Assembly (NCBI RefSeq): GCF_902652985.1
Contig: NC_047017.1
Coordinates: 1,116,001 to 1,180,000 of the forward strand
From: Pecten maximus
Taxonomy: Eukaryota
Direction of reading: 5' to 3'
DNA: 64,000 bases
Shown here: positions 25,844-38,546 of the stretch, piece by piece
Layout: the number at the start of each line of letters is the position of its first letter
How positions within the stretch are numbered: position 1 is the first letter of the stretch
Notes under the pieces: generated by a model
Databases searched by the model: none
Seen by the model: only the letters and a program-made list of their open reading frames with translations
What the model was told of the DNA's origin: nothing
Made by a program: the position numbers and the translations under genes

Positions 25844-27740
25844 GGACGGGAGGAGATGGGGAGGAGGGGACGGGAGGAGATGTCGAGTAGGGGAAGGGGA
25901 GGGGTGGAGATGGTGAGGAGGGGAGGGGACGGGTGGAGATGGCGAGGAGGGGACGGGACGGGAGGAGATGGCGAGGAGGGGGCGGGTGGAGATGGGGAGG
26001 AGAGAGCGGGTGGAGATGGGGAGGAGGGGACGGGTGGAGATGGGGGGGGGGAGGGGACGGGTGGAGATGGGGGGAGGGGACGGGCGGAGATGATGAGGAG
26101 GGGAGGAGGGGACGGGGACGGGGGGAGATGGTGAGGAGGGGACGGGGACAGGGGGAGATGGTGAGGAGGGGACGGGTGGAGATGGGGAGGAGGGGACGGG
26201 TGGAGATGGGGAGGAGGGGACGGGTGGGGATTGTGAGGAGGGGACGGGTGGAGATGGGGAGGAGGGGACGGGTGGAGATGGGGAGGAGGGGACGGGTGGG
26301 GATTGTGAGGAGGGGGCGGGTGGGGAAGGTGAGGAGGGGACGGGTGGGGATGGTGAGGAGGGGGCGGGTGGGGATTGTGAGGAGGGGGCGGGTGGGGATG
26401 GTGAGGAGGGGACGGGTGGGGATGGGGAGGAGGGGACGGGTGGAGATGGGGAGGAGGGGACGGGTGGGGATTGTGAGGAGGGGACGGGTGGAGATGGGGA
26501 GGAGGGGACGGGTGGAGATGGTGAGGAGGGGAGGAGGGGACGGGTGAAGATGATGAGGAGGGGAGGAGGGGACGGGTGGAGATGATGAGGAGGGGAGGAG
26601 GGGACGGGTGGAAATGATGAGGAGGGGAGGAGGGGACAGGTGGGGATTGTGAGGAGGGGACGGGTGGAGATGATGAGGAGGGGACGGGTGGGGATTGTGA
26701 GGAGGGGACGGGTGGAGATGGGGAGGAGGGGACGGGTGGGGATTGTGAGGAGGGGGCGGGTGGGGATTGTGAGGAGGGGCGGATGGGGATGGTGAGGAGG
26801 GGGCGGGTGGGGATTGTGAGGAGGGGGCGGGTGGGGATGGTGAGGAGGGGACGGGTGGGGATGGGGAGGAGGGGACGGGTGGAGATGGGGAGGAGGGGAC
26901 GGGTGGGGATGGGGAGGAGGGGACGGGTGGAGATGGGGAGGAGGGGACGGGTGGAGATGGGGAGGAGGGGACGGGTGGAGATGGTGAGGAGGGGACGGGT
27001 GGAGATGGTGAGGAGGGGACGGGTGGAGATGGTGAAGAGGGGACGGGTGGAGATGGTGAAGAGGGGACGGGTGGATGGTGAAGAGGGGACGGGTGGAGAT
27101 GGGGAGGAGGGGACGGGTGGAGATGGGGAGGAGGGGACGGGTGGAGATGGTGAAGAGGGGACGGGTGGAGATGGGGAGGAGGGGACGGGTGGAGATGATG
27201 AGGAGGGGACAGGTGGAGATGGGGAGGAGGGGACGGGTGGGGATGGGGAGGAGGGGACGGGTGGAGATGGGGAGGAGGGGACGGGTGGAGATGGGGAGGA
27301 GGGGACGGGTGGAGATGGTGAGGAGGGGACGGGAGGGGATGGGGAGGAGGGGACAGGTGGAGATGGGGAGGAGGGGACGGGTGGGGATTGTGAGGAGGGG
27401 ACGGGTGGAGATGGGGAGGAGGGGACGGGTGGAGATGGTGAGGAGGGGACGGGAGGGGATGGGGAGGAGGGGACGGGTGGGGATGGGGAGGAGGGGACGG
27501 GACGAGTGGAGATGGGGAGGAGGGGAGTGGTGGAGATGATGAGGAGGGGACGGGTGTAGATGGGGAGGAGGGGAAGGGTGTAGATGGGGAGGAGGGGACG
27601 GGTAGAGATGGGGAGGAGGGGAAGGGTGTAGATGGGGAGGAGGGGACGGGTAGAGATGGGGCGGAGGGGAAGGGGACGGGTTGAGATGGCGAGGAGGGGA
27701 CGGTAGGAAATGACGAGGAGGGGGAAGGATGGAGATGGAG
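25844..27740 (+). repeat. Purine/G-rich ~24-bp minisatellite (ggggacgggtggagatggggagga), potentially G-quadruplex forming
   Basis: Runs of GGG/GGGG spaced a few nt apart over 1.9 kb; extreme strand asymmetry. Confidence 0.95.
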
Positions 27741-29804
27741 GCTCAAGTATTCAAATACCGAAGACTATGTTATCAAACACCGACAAGGTTGAAATATGCT
27801 GCACGTACATAGCTTGATATCGGTCTGATTGAAAATCCACTTTCTCTTTGGCATGGTCTTCCTCTCCAACAAGGCTGTAAACCAATTAGTGTCTGATCTC
27901 TATCAGTTGGACGCTTAAATAGCGAGGTGCTAATATCATTACATGGCGTCGTTTTTATGACGTCGATACATTTCCCCTCGTGTTATATACGTTATGGTGA
28001 TTTTTATATCAGAATATCACCTCACACTGCTGTAACTTGTTTAACACTGATCCATACACAGATTGGCTGATGTTCGCTATACACTACGTGACAAAATTGC
28101 TCCCCGATCGCTCAGCTATTTTCACTCTCAAAATACTCTTACACTTATCATTTATCCTTCTACTTCTTAAATAATTTCGTGGATTATTGATTTACTGCTT
28201 TATTGATTAATCAAATCATTAATACAATAAGTATATGTGATTGAGGTGTTCGTCATTTGTTAATAAGACGTTAAGGAAAAAAATGTTCGTCATATGTGAA
28301 TTAACTTGATTGATACCCTATATTCAAAGCTTATCATTTGTGTTCATAAAAATTAACATGATCAAGCGTCAATTCAATGAACGAGTCAAATAATTTGAAG
28401 GCTTCTGACATATAATATCATGAGTTGAGTAAATTCCACGTAACATTGGCAGGAGTATGAGATTCTATTTATCACATAGCTCGCCAACTGTAGTCAGTGT
28501 TCTGTCAATGGCTTATCGCCTACATGACTCCGCCTATTGTAAGTTTTTTTTTATTTGTTATAGTCAATATTCTGTCGGTGTGAGAGGTGACCCTTTGTTT
28601 TTGGGACTGTCTGTAAATTTTTACGCAAGAGAGCTACTGGTTTACCGCCTACACGACTCCGCCTATTGCTAGGTTTTTTCTCACTGACTATAGTCAATGT
28701 TCTGTCGGTATTTTTTCACCACTAAAGCAATCATATGACGTAATGTTTTATGACGTAATAATAGCTTTATAACATGACCGTATGGCGTGACATGACATGC
28801 CAGTCACGTGGGCTCTCTGTTAAAGCTAACGAAGACTAGCACGTTTGGAGAGGGAGGGAGGCGTTAACATCGATGATGCTTTTGGTCTAGTTTTCTGTTT
28901 TAGTGGATTCTTAGATTGCTCTGGTTATCAAAATTATAGCGACATGAAAATGGTATGCTTTCTTTAAATCATACCATTTCGTTACCTTTCCAGTTTGATT
29001 GGTTTTCCTTTTGCCCATTTACGATGAGAATGTGTTGAGCAGTAATATTTTCACGGATTATAAAAGCAGAAAGCATCTACCATGTTGAATATTACCAAGT
29101 ACGATTCCGTATATATATATATAGATTGGTTATGTGGAAAATAAATTATGATGGAATGCCAGAATCAAATCACATAACGGTTTGACCATAGAAAATGTAT
29201 ACGACAGGTAAAGACTAGTAAAAAAAAAACGTGCACTAATTAACCTCCGTCCAGGAAGTTCCACACCTGCGGTTTTACCAGTTATCAACGGAGAGACCGG
29301 GCTGATTTCTGGTCACGGCAATTACAGGGATCTAATATTATTTGTCCAGGCGGCTAATACTGCCCGCGGAAGACGACCCTAATGATAAGTTCGTAAGGGT
29401 AGGATACAATTATCGAAATCACGCTGATTCTCTGACTTGTTTGTCACAAAATACGTATGGCAAATACTAAATCAGATATTTAGGATATATCATTGCTGTG
29501 GAAACTTACAGGGAAATCAATACGGTGGTTCAAAGAGAGGACAACGCGACAGTATTTGATGACTGGACAAGGTATTTGATATTTGACGTCAGTAAACATG
29601 TATTTGATATATAGTGGTAATGTTTCAGTATTTTATGATATTAAAAACCAGTCGCATTTTTGTGTTGGTGTTTTTTTAACCGGACTATCGATTGACACAG
29701 TGATTAGATTTCAGGTTAAATAACTTGGGAGTACATGTTTTATGATGATAATGTTTTTACTGTTACGGGAAATGATAGCGAGATTAAGGGTGCCTGATTT
29801 TGAG

Positions 29805-30873
29805 TCTGTAATGTGTCTGAGACTGAGTGAGGGAGGGTGTGTATGTGATTGTAAAATGTGTGTGTGATTGAAATGTGTATGAGATTGTATTGTGTGTGAA
29901 ATTGTAATGTGTGTGAGATTGTAATGTGTGTGAGATTGTAATGTTTGTGAGACTGTATTGTGTGTGGGATTGTAATGTGTGAGGGATTGTAATGTGTGTG
30001 AGATTGTAATGTGTGTGAGACTGTAATGTGTGTGAGACTGTAATGTGTGAGGGATTGTAATGTGTGTGAGACTGTAATGTGTGTGAGACTGTATTGTGTG
30101 TGAGATTGTAATGTGTGTGAGATTGTAATGTGTGTGAGATTGTAATGTGTGTGAGATTGTAATGTGTGTGAGATTGTAATGTGTGTGAGATTGTAATGTG
30201 TGTGAGATTGTAATGTGTGTGAGATTGTAATGTGTGTGAGACTGTATTGTGTGTGAGATTGTAATGTGTGTGGGATTGTAATATTTGTGAGATTGTAATG
30301 TGTGTGAGATTGTAATGTGTGTGAGATTGTAATGTGTGTGAGATTGTATTGTATGTGAGATTGTAATGTTTGTGAGATTGTAATGTGTGTGAGATTGTAA
30401 TGTGTGTGAGATTGTAATGTGTGTGAGATTGTAATGTGTGTGAGATTGTAATGTGTGTGGGATTGTAATGTATGTGAGATTGTAATGTGTGTGAGATTGT
30501 ATTGTATGTGAGATTGTAATATTTGTGAGATTGTAATGTGTGTGAGATTGTAATGTGTGTGAGATTGTAATGTGTGTGAGACTGTATTGTGTGTGAGATT
30601 GTAATGTGTGTGGGATTGTAATGTATGTGAGATTGTAATGTTTGTGATATTGTAATGTGTGTGAGATTGTAATGTGTGTGAGATTGTAATGTGTGTGAGA
30701 CTGTATTGTGTGTGAGATTGTAATGTGTGTGGGATTGTAATGTATGTGAGATTGTAATGTTTGTGATATTGTAATGTGTGTGAGATTGTAATGTTTGTGA
30801 GATAGTAATGTATGTGAGATTGTAATGTGTGTGAGATTGTATTGTGTGTGAGATTGTAATGTTTGTGAGACTG
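29805..30873. repeat. 17-bp minisatellite (tgagattgtaatgtgtg), ~60 copies
   Basis: Direct periodicity. Confidence 0.97.
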
Positions 30874-31255
30874 TCTGTGGTTGGGTGTGTTAGACTACAT
30901 TTATCCCTGTATTACAGTGGTGTGACGACGACCAATTAGAAATTAAGTATACAATTCCATTCGTTAACTCCATGTTTAATAAAACCTATTTTCTCAAGGA
31001 AATCATCATGTTGCTCATTATGTGTTGTTAGAGTATATAAATTGACTCTAATAACAATCTTTGTGTGTGGTAACAACGATTGTCTGGCCACATTGTGTTA
31101 TGTCAGTTGACAAAATAGCGCCATCATGAAGCGCTGTTTGTAGAGTGACAGTTATCAATTTATTCAAAGGTCGTAATGGAAATAATTTGATAATGGCCGA
31201 GTCTGGTCTGTCAAATGGAGGTATGGGAACAGGCTGACACAGTGTGGCAAGAGGC

Positions 31256-31406
31256 AAGCGCGTCCCTGATAGTCCCAATAGAAGTAAGCTCGTCCCTGAT
31301 AGTCCTAATAGAAGTAAGCTCGCCCCTGATAGTCCCAATAGAAGTAAGCTCGTCCCTGATAGTCCCAATAGAAGTAAGCTCGCCCCTGATAGTCCCAATA
31401 GAAGTA
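31256..31406. repeat. 30-bp minisatellite (cgtccctgatagtcccaatagaagtaagct), 5 copies
   Basis: Direct periodicity; abuts the mariner relic. Confidence 0.95.
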
Positions 31407-32135
31407 CATTCCTTGACCGAGGATCTTCAGCCCGATGGGTACCAAGACTTCTGCCCGTTGATCAGAAGCACACCAGGCGCACATTATCGCGTGCTAATCT
31501 TAGCCTTTCTGAGGAAGATCTTGCCAATTTTCTTCTGAGATTTGTCACCATGGATGAAACATGGGTCCATCATTTTACCCCAGAGGCCCAACAACAATCG
31601 AAACAATGGAAGCACCCTGGCTCTCCCCCGCCAAAGAAGGCAAAGACTGTTCCATCAGCTGGGAAGGTTATGGCCTCAGTTTTCTGGGATGCAGATGGTA
31701 TTCTGCTGATAGATTATCTTCAAAAGGGACAAACAATTAAACTTAAGTGCCGCGGAAAGCTAAAAAGTTTGTTATTCCATCAGGACAATGCTCCTGTTCA
31801 CAAGTCTGTCATTGCCTGCCATTCACGATTGTGGCTTTAAATTAATTGAGCATCGCCTTATTCACCTGATCTCGCTCCATCAGACTTTCATCTATTTCCA
31901 AAACTGAAAACAGCTATTTCTGGCCCCCACTTTCAGTCCGATAATGACGTCATACATGCAGTGGATGCCTTTTTGAACAGCCAAGAAAAAGAGTTCTATG
32001 AAAGTGGCATTCAGGCCCTTAAACACCACTAAAAGTGTATAGATATTGAAGGGGATTATTTTGAAAAATAATACAATATGTCGAGCAAAATTCTAATCCT
32101 TCAATATGAGGCTAACAACTTGTCAATCAGCACTA
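31403..32135 (+). mobile_element. Second mariner (DD34D) relic of the same family, 5'-truncated, with internal deletions and 3' TIR
   Basis: WVPRLL, MDETWVHHFTPE, GKVMASVFWD, FHQDNAPVH, PYSPDLAPSDFHLF, KCIDIEGDY; ends gctaacaacttgtcaatcagcacta; aligns by eye with 13523-14385. Confidence 0.94.
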
Positions 32136-32161
32136 TTACAATAGGACATCGCTCTGGCAGT

Positions 32162-33115
32162 AGAAACACTATCAACTTTGGTAGAAATGTCTCCCTCACA
32201 GAAACACTATCAACTTTGTTAGAAATGTCTCCCTCACAGAAACACTATCAACGTTGTTAGAAATGTCTCCCTCACAGAAACACTATCAACTTTGGTAGAA
32301 ATGTCTCCCTCACAGAAACGCTATCAACTTTGTTAGAATAATGTCTCCCTCACAGAAACACTATCAACTTTGTTAGAAATGTCTCCCTCACAGAAACACT
32401 ATCAACTTTGTTAGAAATGTCTCCCTCACAGAAACACTATCAACTTTGGTAGAAATGTCTCCCTCACAGAAACACTATCAACTTTGTTAGAAATGTCTCC
32501 CTCACAGAAACACTATCAACTTTGTTAGAAATGTCTCCCTCACAGAAACGCTATCAACTTTGTTAGAATAATGTCTCCCTCACAGAAACACTATCAACTT
32601 TGTTAGAATAATGTCTCCCTCACAGAAACACTATCAACTTTGTTAGAAATGTCTCCCTCACAGAAACACTATCAACTTTGGTAGAAATGTCTCCCTCACA
32701 GAAACACTATCAACTTTGTTAGAAATGTCTCCCTCACAGAAACACTATCAACTTTGGTAGAAATGTCTCCCTCACAGAAACGCTATCAACTTTGTTAGAA
32801 TAATGTCTCCCTCACAGAAACGCTATCAACTTTGTTAGAATAATGTCTCCCTCGCAGAAACACTATCAACTTTGTTAGAATAATGTCTCCCTCGCAGAAA
32901 CACTATCAACTTTGGTAGAATAATGTCTCCCTCGCAGAAATACTATCAACTTTGTTAGAAATGTCTCCCTCACAGAAAAACCATCAACTTTGTTAGAAAT
33001 GTCTCCCTCACAGAAACACTATCAACTTTGTTAGAATAATGTCTCCCTCACTGAAAAAACAACAACTTTGCTAGAAATGTTTCCCTAACAGAAACACTAT
33101 CAACTTTGCTAGAAT
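32162..33115. repeat. 38/40-bp minisatellite (agaaacactatcaactttgttagaaatgtctccctcac), ~25 copies
   Basis: Direct periodicity with a +ta variant. Confidence 0.97.
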
Positions 33116-34796
33116 AGTTTACTTTTGAGGTTGGACATGGGAGATTGAAATCAGGCTGTGATAAAGAGATTTTTTCTCATTTTACTTTTTGCCAGTTAAA
33201 TTGTTCTACATTAATACCATGTGTGTATTTGAACCCGGCTTATGTCCTTCGAATAATTTTCAGTTCAAGACCCACGAAACTTTCAATTACTGGTAAAATC
33301 ACAGAGCTACCATCCGGCCTGGAGAATTATCCACTGTTTCGTACTTTTTTGCCCGACCAACCATATCAAATCGTACCTATTTCCGTATGACTCTCACACC
33401 ATCGCGTGAAACTTATCGTTTGCTTTGGCTAGATGTTCGTTTTCATCTGTTTCAATCAGCCGTAACGCTAAACTAAAGATCTAAAGAGTGTCACTATTTA
33501 CAGCTGATGACAATGAGCACGACTTCGTCATCCTCTAATGGTGACAAGTGGGAATGTCAGTTTCCCCTTGACCAGGGTCACCAACTCTCGAGTGACCAAC
33601 GGATAACCGCTGATGCATTGAGCTATCAACACGCATCTTGTTTGACAAGAATTACTGCCAACATTCTGTAATGGAATATAGCGGATACTTTGTCATGTTA
33701 GAAATAGGGAGATAAATATTTGTACATTGGTACTACGCGCATTCTGACGTCATAACCTGAAGCAACACCGTCATGGGATTGAATCAAATTATGAAATAAA
33801 AATGACATTTTTATTAATCATAAATTATACTCTTTATATTCGTCAGTTGATAAGATGTCATAGTTAGTATTATGGGATGTACACATGTTATAATATTCAT
33901 CATAGCAGTATATTAGCTCAGTATACTATATATATAAGTATTATGGGATGTACACATGTTATAATATTCATCACAATAACATTATAACTGTGTATACTTT
34001 ATACATTGTTCAGTATGTTTCATCCTTCTTTTTCATTTAGTAAATAATTAAAGAAAAGTTCTTAATTAAGTAAGGAGCGTTAATACAAGATATAATCATT
34101 TCTGTTCAACAGAAGTTATTAAACAGACAAAGCTCCTCACACAATCACATGTCTGCTATAAAGAGGATAAAATACTCGATAAAACGTGAAGAGTAAAATG
34201 TTATACTTTTTTATTGTTATAAAAAAAGTTGTACATGACTCAAACGTGTTTATACACAGATTCAGCGACAAATGGGCAGTTTGCCGTTTATTGAGGCTTG
34301 AACAACAGTACGACAAAATCTGTAAAGGATGTCCGGATCGAATGCCAAGTACCATTAATTTTCCTGTATCTACTAACACGAGCATGCTGTCGTGGTCCCG
34401 GGGGTAACGGCCACATCAGTCACGTGAGCGTCGTGGGGCCACGCACCATCGCCTATGTATAAAATGGTTCCATAATCCGGGATTTTCTCGTCTGTCATTG
34501 AGCGACCGTAACGCCTCCTTGTCATGTATGTAGAGAAATGGTACTTCCTTATGGCAAGATGAGCGCGAATTATGTACAAAGCTTTAGTCATGACACAGTG
34601 GTATTGGAACAATGACGTTCTATTACCGTACTAATGTATATTTTATCTACGTTATCCGAAATCGGGTATACTGCTTTATGTTCCCGAAGAAGACTATTTG
34701 TACTTACTCTTTTCCTCAGCATTTAATTAAAATGATCAATTATCATTATTAGTTTAAACATTATTTTATTCAATGCTCAAAATGCTCAGAACACGT

Positions 34797-35573
34797 GTGT
34801 AAAAAGATGATTGTGTCAGCGCGCCTAATGTAAAATGAGTATTGTGTCAGTACGCCTAATGTAAAATGATTATTGTGTCAGCGCGCCTAATGTAAAGATT
34901 ATGGTATCAGTACGCCTGATGTAAAATTATTATTGAATCAGCCCGCCTTATGTAAAATAAATATGGTATCAGCGCGCCTGATGTAAAATGATTATTGTGT
35001 CAGCGCGCCTGATGTAAAATGATTATTGTGTCAGCGCGCCTGATGTAAAATGATTATTGTGTCAGCGCGCCTGATGTAAAATGATTATGGTATCAGCGCG
35101 CCTGATGTAAAATGATTATTGTGTCAGCGCGCCTTATGTAAAATGATTATTGAATCAGCCCGCCTTATGTAAAATGATTATTGAATCAGCCCGCCTTATG
35201 TAAAATAAATATGGTATCAGCGCGCCTTATGTAAAATGATTATGGTATCAGCGCGCCTAATGTAAAATGATTATTGAATCAGCCCGCCTTATGTAAAATA
35301 AATATGGTATCAGCGCGCCTTATGTAAAATGATTATTGTGTCAGCGCGCCTTATGTAAAATGATTATTGTGTCAGCGCGCCTTATGTAAAATAAATATGG
35401 TATCAGCGCGCCTTATGTAAAATGAGTATTGTGTCAGCGCGCATAATGTAAAATGATTATTGTGTCAGCGCGCCTTATGTAAAATTATTATGGTATCAGC
35501 GCGCCTAATGTAAAATTATTATTGAATCAGCGCGCCTGATGTAAAATGATTATTGTGTCAGCGAGCTTAATGT
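34797..35573. repeat. 31-bp minisatellite (atgtaaaatgattattgtgtcagcgcgcct(g/t/a)), ~25 copies
   Basis: Direct periodicity. Confidence 0.97.
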
Positions 35574-37429
35574 CTTTTTTTCCTTAATTAGTTAACCACA
35601 ATTAAAAGCGAGCAATGTCCATTGGTCACTCTATCCTTACCATACACAATATGAAGTTATCAGATCGTAATTCTCACATTATTCCATTGGTGCTGTGTAG
35701 AACAATGTTCGTGACGACGACAATACATGATGTCGGTTTGTCACAAAAACTCCTGCTTCCGATTAAAGCTGTGAAATCCGGAACAATTTATGTAAATATT
35801 TTGTATAGACGGTGTATATCCCCACGATGGAATGTATCGATTAAAATGTTTCCACAAACTGTATTTATGCCGGGTATGTTTGCCTGTAGTCGTGACGTCA
35901 CAATAACAGGTCCCATTGACTGTGCGAAATACGGTAACACTGTTACATGTTGAATATAAGAAAAACTTACATTTAAAACGGAAGGCAGTTTGATGCTTAA
36001 AATGATTTAGGCTATTTTAATGATGTTGGCTATTGTAATGATGTAGGCTATTGTAATGATGTTGCACGGCTTGGCTCTTTTTTGATGCGTTAAAATGAAA
36101 TTAAATGTAAAAAGAATAGGAATAATCTATACGGGTGTTGAGGGCAGTTCGTCACCGCTTACCCGGGTGGTAGGAGGAGTGTCCGACGGCGATAATTGCC
36201 GAGATTAGTATAGAGTTATTGGCTTAGGGAGGGATTAGTAATTATACTGGGGAGGGGTGAACTGTACTTAGTCTACCTGAGGAGACAAGGCAAGAGTTAC
36301 CTCCTCCTACATACTTACCTGAGAACGAATTATAATTTAATATATACCCGTACTTTACTTTGAACTTTTGAAACAAAATTAATATGTAAACGTTTAAAAT
36401 ACTCTGGGACGATTTTTAATGAAATATTGAACATGAAAAGTTTGCAGTGATGTACATGTAAAAATTGTGTGTAGAAAATATGTACACCTGGGAAAATCGA
36501 TTTTCTTTGGTATATAGTGGTATGTTTTTTTTATGTCCTTTAAAAGTACATTTTTATTTTCAAACACAGGTGCGAATACGTACCACAGTGTAACCAAATG
36601 TCCATTAAGCCCCAATTGGCCTTCTGGTATGATTGCTCGGGTGCGAATGTAGGTTGATAGAGTGTAGTAACGCAACACTTTCATCTACATTAACAAATAT
36701 ATCTTAGAATTGGTAGTCCAGCATTGCTTATGTAGTTACTAATCTTGCTCCTTTTTGTTTAACTAATCACTAGTCATATTTCGTGTTGTCTAAGTAATAC
36801 TTTATTTTCTCTAATTCAAAAAAAAAAATTGTGTCAACTTCGCTTAGCTGTGTTTAAAGGCCTATGTCTGGGAACTAAAACATCCCTGCTGAACTAAAAC
36901 ATCCCTACTGAACTAAAACACGCCTGCTTTTGGGTGTTTCCGCCGAGCCAATCTGGGGAGAGGTCAGAGGAGCTTCTTACCGGAAATGCCAGCAGTTGCC
37001 AAGGACGCGACATGTTGGCGAACTCGACGTCATTTGCCAAGCGACGCGAGAGATGGGCGGGGCTTGTTACCGAACAATATTCAGACGGCAGTTTATCAGT
37101 TATCGCATTCTGAGAGAAAGTACAAATGGTAGTATCTTTACCCCTCCCGCCGTTAATTTTATCACTAGACAATATACTGTGATATCTTTTATGGCAAACT
37201 TCCTTTCACACGCAAGTAAATGATGTTTTTAACGATTGGTTTGCTACAGTATGCTTTAAACAATCTGAAATGGATGAATATCAAAATTTTCTGACACTGT
37301 GTATATTGGAATATACATAAGGTACTGTAGTAGGACAGTTTGGTAGCCAGAGTACATTTGTATATATATTTACCATTAGGATCTAATTCTCGGTGGCAGG
37401 GTGATTTTTAAAGATTTTAATTATGATGT

Positions 37430-38525
37430 TCAACATCTATATTGTAATCCTAAGGTTGCTGTTAATGAAAAATCATTATAAGAATTTTTTTTATAGATGC
37501 GGGTTTAATACATCTTAACCTTCTATTTACGAATGTGTTAAAGGTTTCCTGCTTAAATAAGTTATTACTGAAATTATCCACGAATTTAATCGTGATATAG
37601 GAAAAGATGAAAATTTCGGCCACATATTCGTCTATCAAGCAATGGTTACCACAATCGTGGGTGACGTCTGTCGGGCAACACAGTAATCTATGTTCACCAA
37701 TTATTCTACCATGTTTGCTATGTAACGCCAGTTTTGATTGGTTTAAAACCATGTATTATTTTCCAATAACCCACGCTCGTGCCAATAATACACGGTCGTG
37801 AGTCACGGCTGTTACAATTTTAAATATCTAATATTCACCCATTTCATAAAAGGTTACTATAGCCGAGTGGGCTAATGGGTTAGTCTTTCAATATATTTTT
37901 ATCACGACGCGAGTTGTGTTGCCTGTATATTTCATCAACAAATAATGCAATACTCAAGAAATAAATTACAAGGTTTTCCCGGGGTTTCTTTGCTGTTTTT
38001 CTATTAGAAAGAGGTCGATCTCAGAACTAAACAGTACATGGTAGAATAGAAATAATCAACTTTGACTCGTGTATTGTTGCAGGATATACAACTCGGACTC
38101 GGATATTTTGCAATTTTAATAAATAACTCAGGCCTGCGGCCTTCGTTATTAATTTAATTGCAAAATATCCTCGTCCTCGTTGTATATCCTGCAATAATAC
38201 ACGAATCATCATTAATTATTTCTTAAATAAACAACCAAATCATGTTATGAAACGAGCACTTTTGAAATCTACATATCTCTCGTGCCGCGTGCTTTCGCTA
38301 CTGGTGCGATAAGTTTCCAAATTTAGAAATCAATCTGGTATTTCGAATTGTCAATACATCATACCATCCATGTGCTTGTGTGGAATAATATTACAAAGTT
38401 GCTCACAATGCCATTTTTACTCGTGGTAAACTTTACCGTCATAATTTGAACGATACTGACATTTGTCCAGTTTGTCGAGGTCGCACTGAAGACATTTTCC
38501 ACCTTTTAATAAATGCACCAAGTTA
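37430..38525 (+). pseudogene. Degraded L1/Tx1-group LINE ORF2 C-terminal fragment with zf-RVT-like motif, split by a hairpin element
   Basis: LYCNPKVAVNEKSL..FIDAGLIHLN, YSSIKQWLPQSW, then YKVAHNAIFTRGKLYRHNLNDTDICPVCRGRTEDIFHLL (CxxC..E...H zinc knuckle). Confidence 0.65.
37730..38228. mobile_element. Non-autonomous hairpin-ended element (~145-bp imperfect palindrome at 38063-38208)
   Basis: tgactcgtgtattgttgcaggatatacaac pairs with gttgtatatcctgcaataatacacgaatca; central aggcctgcggcct; caataatacacg echoed at ~37782. Confidence 0.65.
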
Positions 38526-38546
38526 AAGAAATATGATAATTGCAAT

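Noticed and set aside
25755-27746. 663-aa proline-rich extensin-like ORF
   Set aside because: Translation of the G-rich minisatellite; the repeat phase shifts between frames within the ORF
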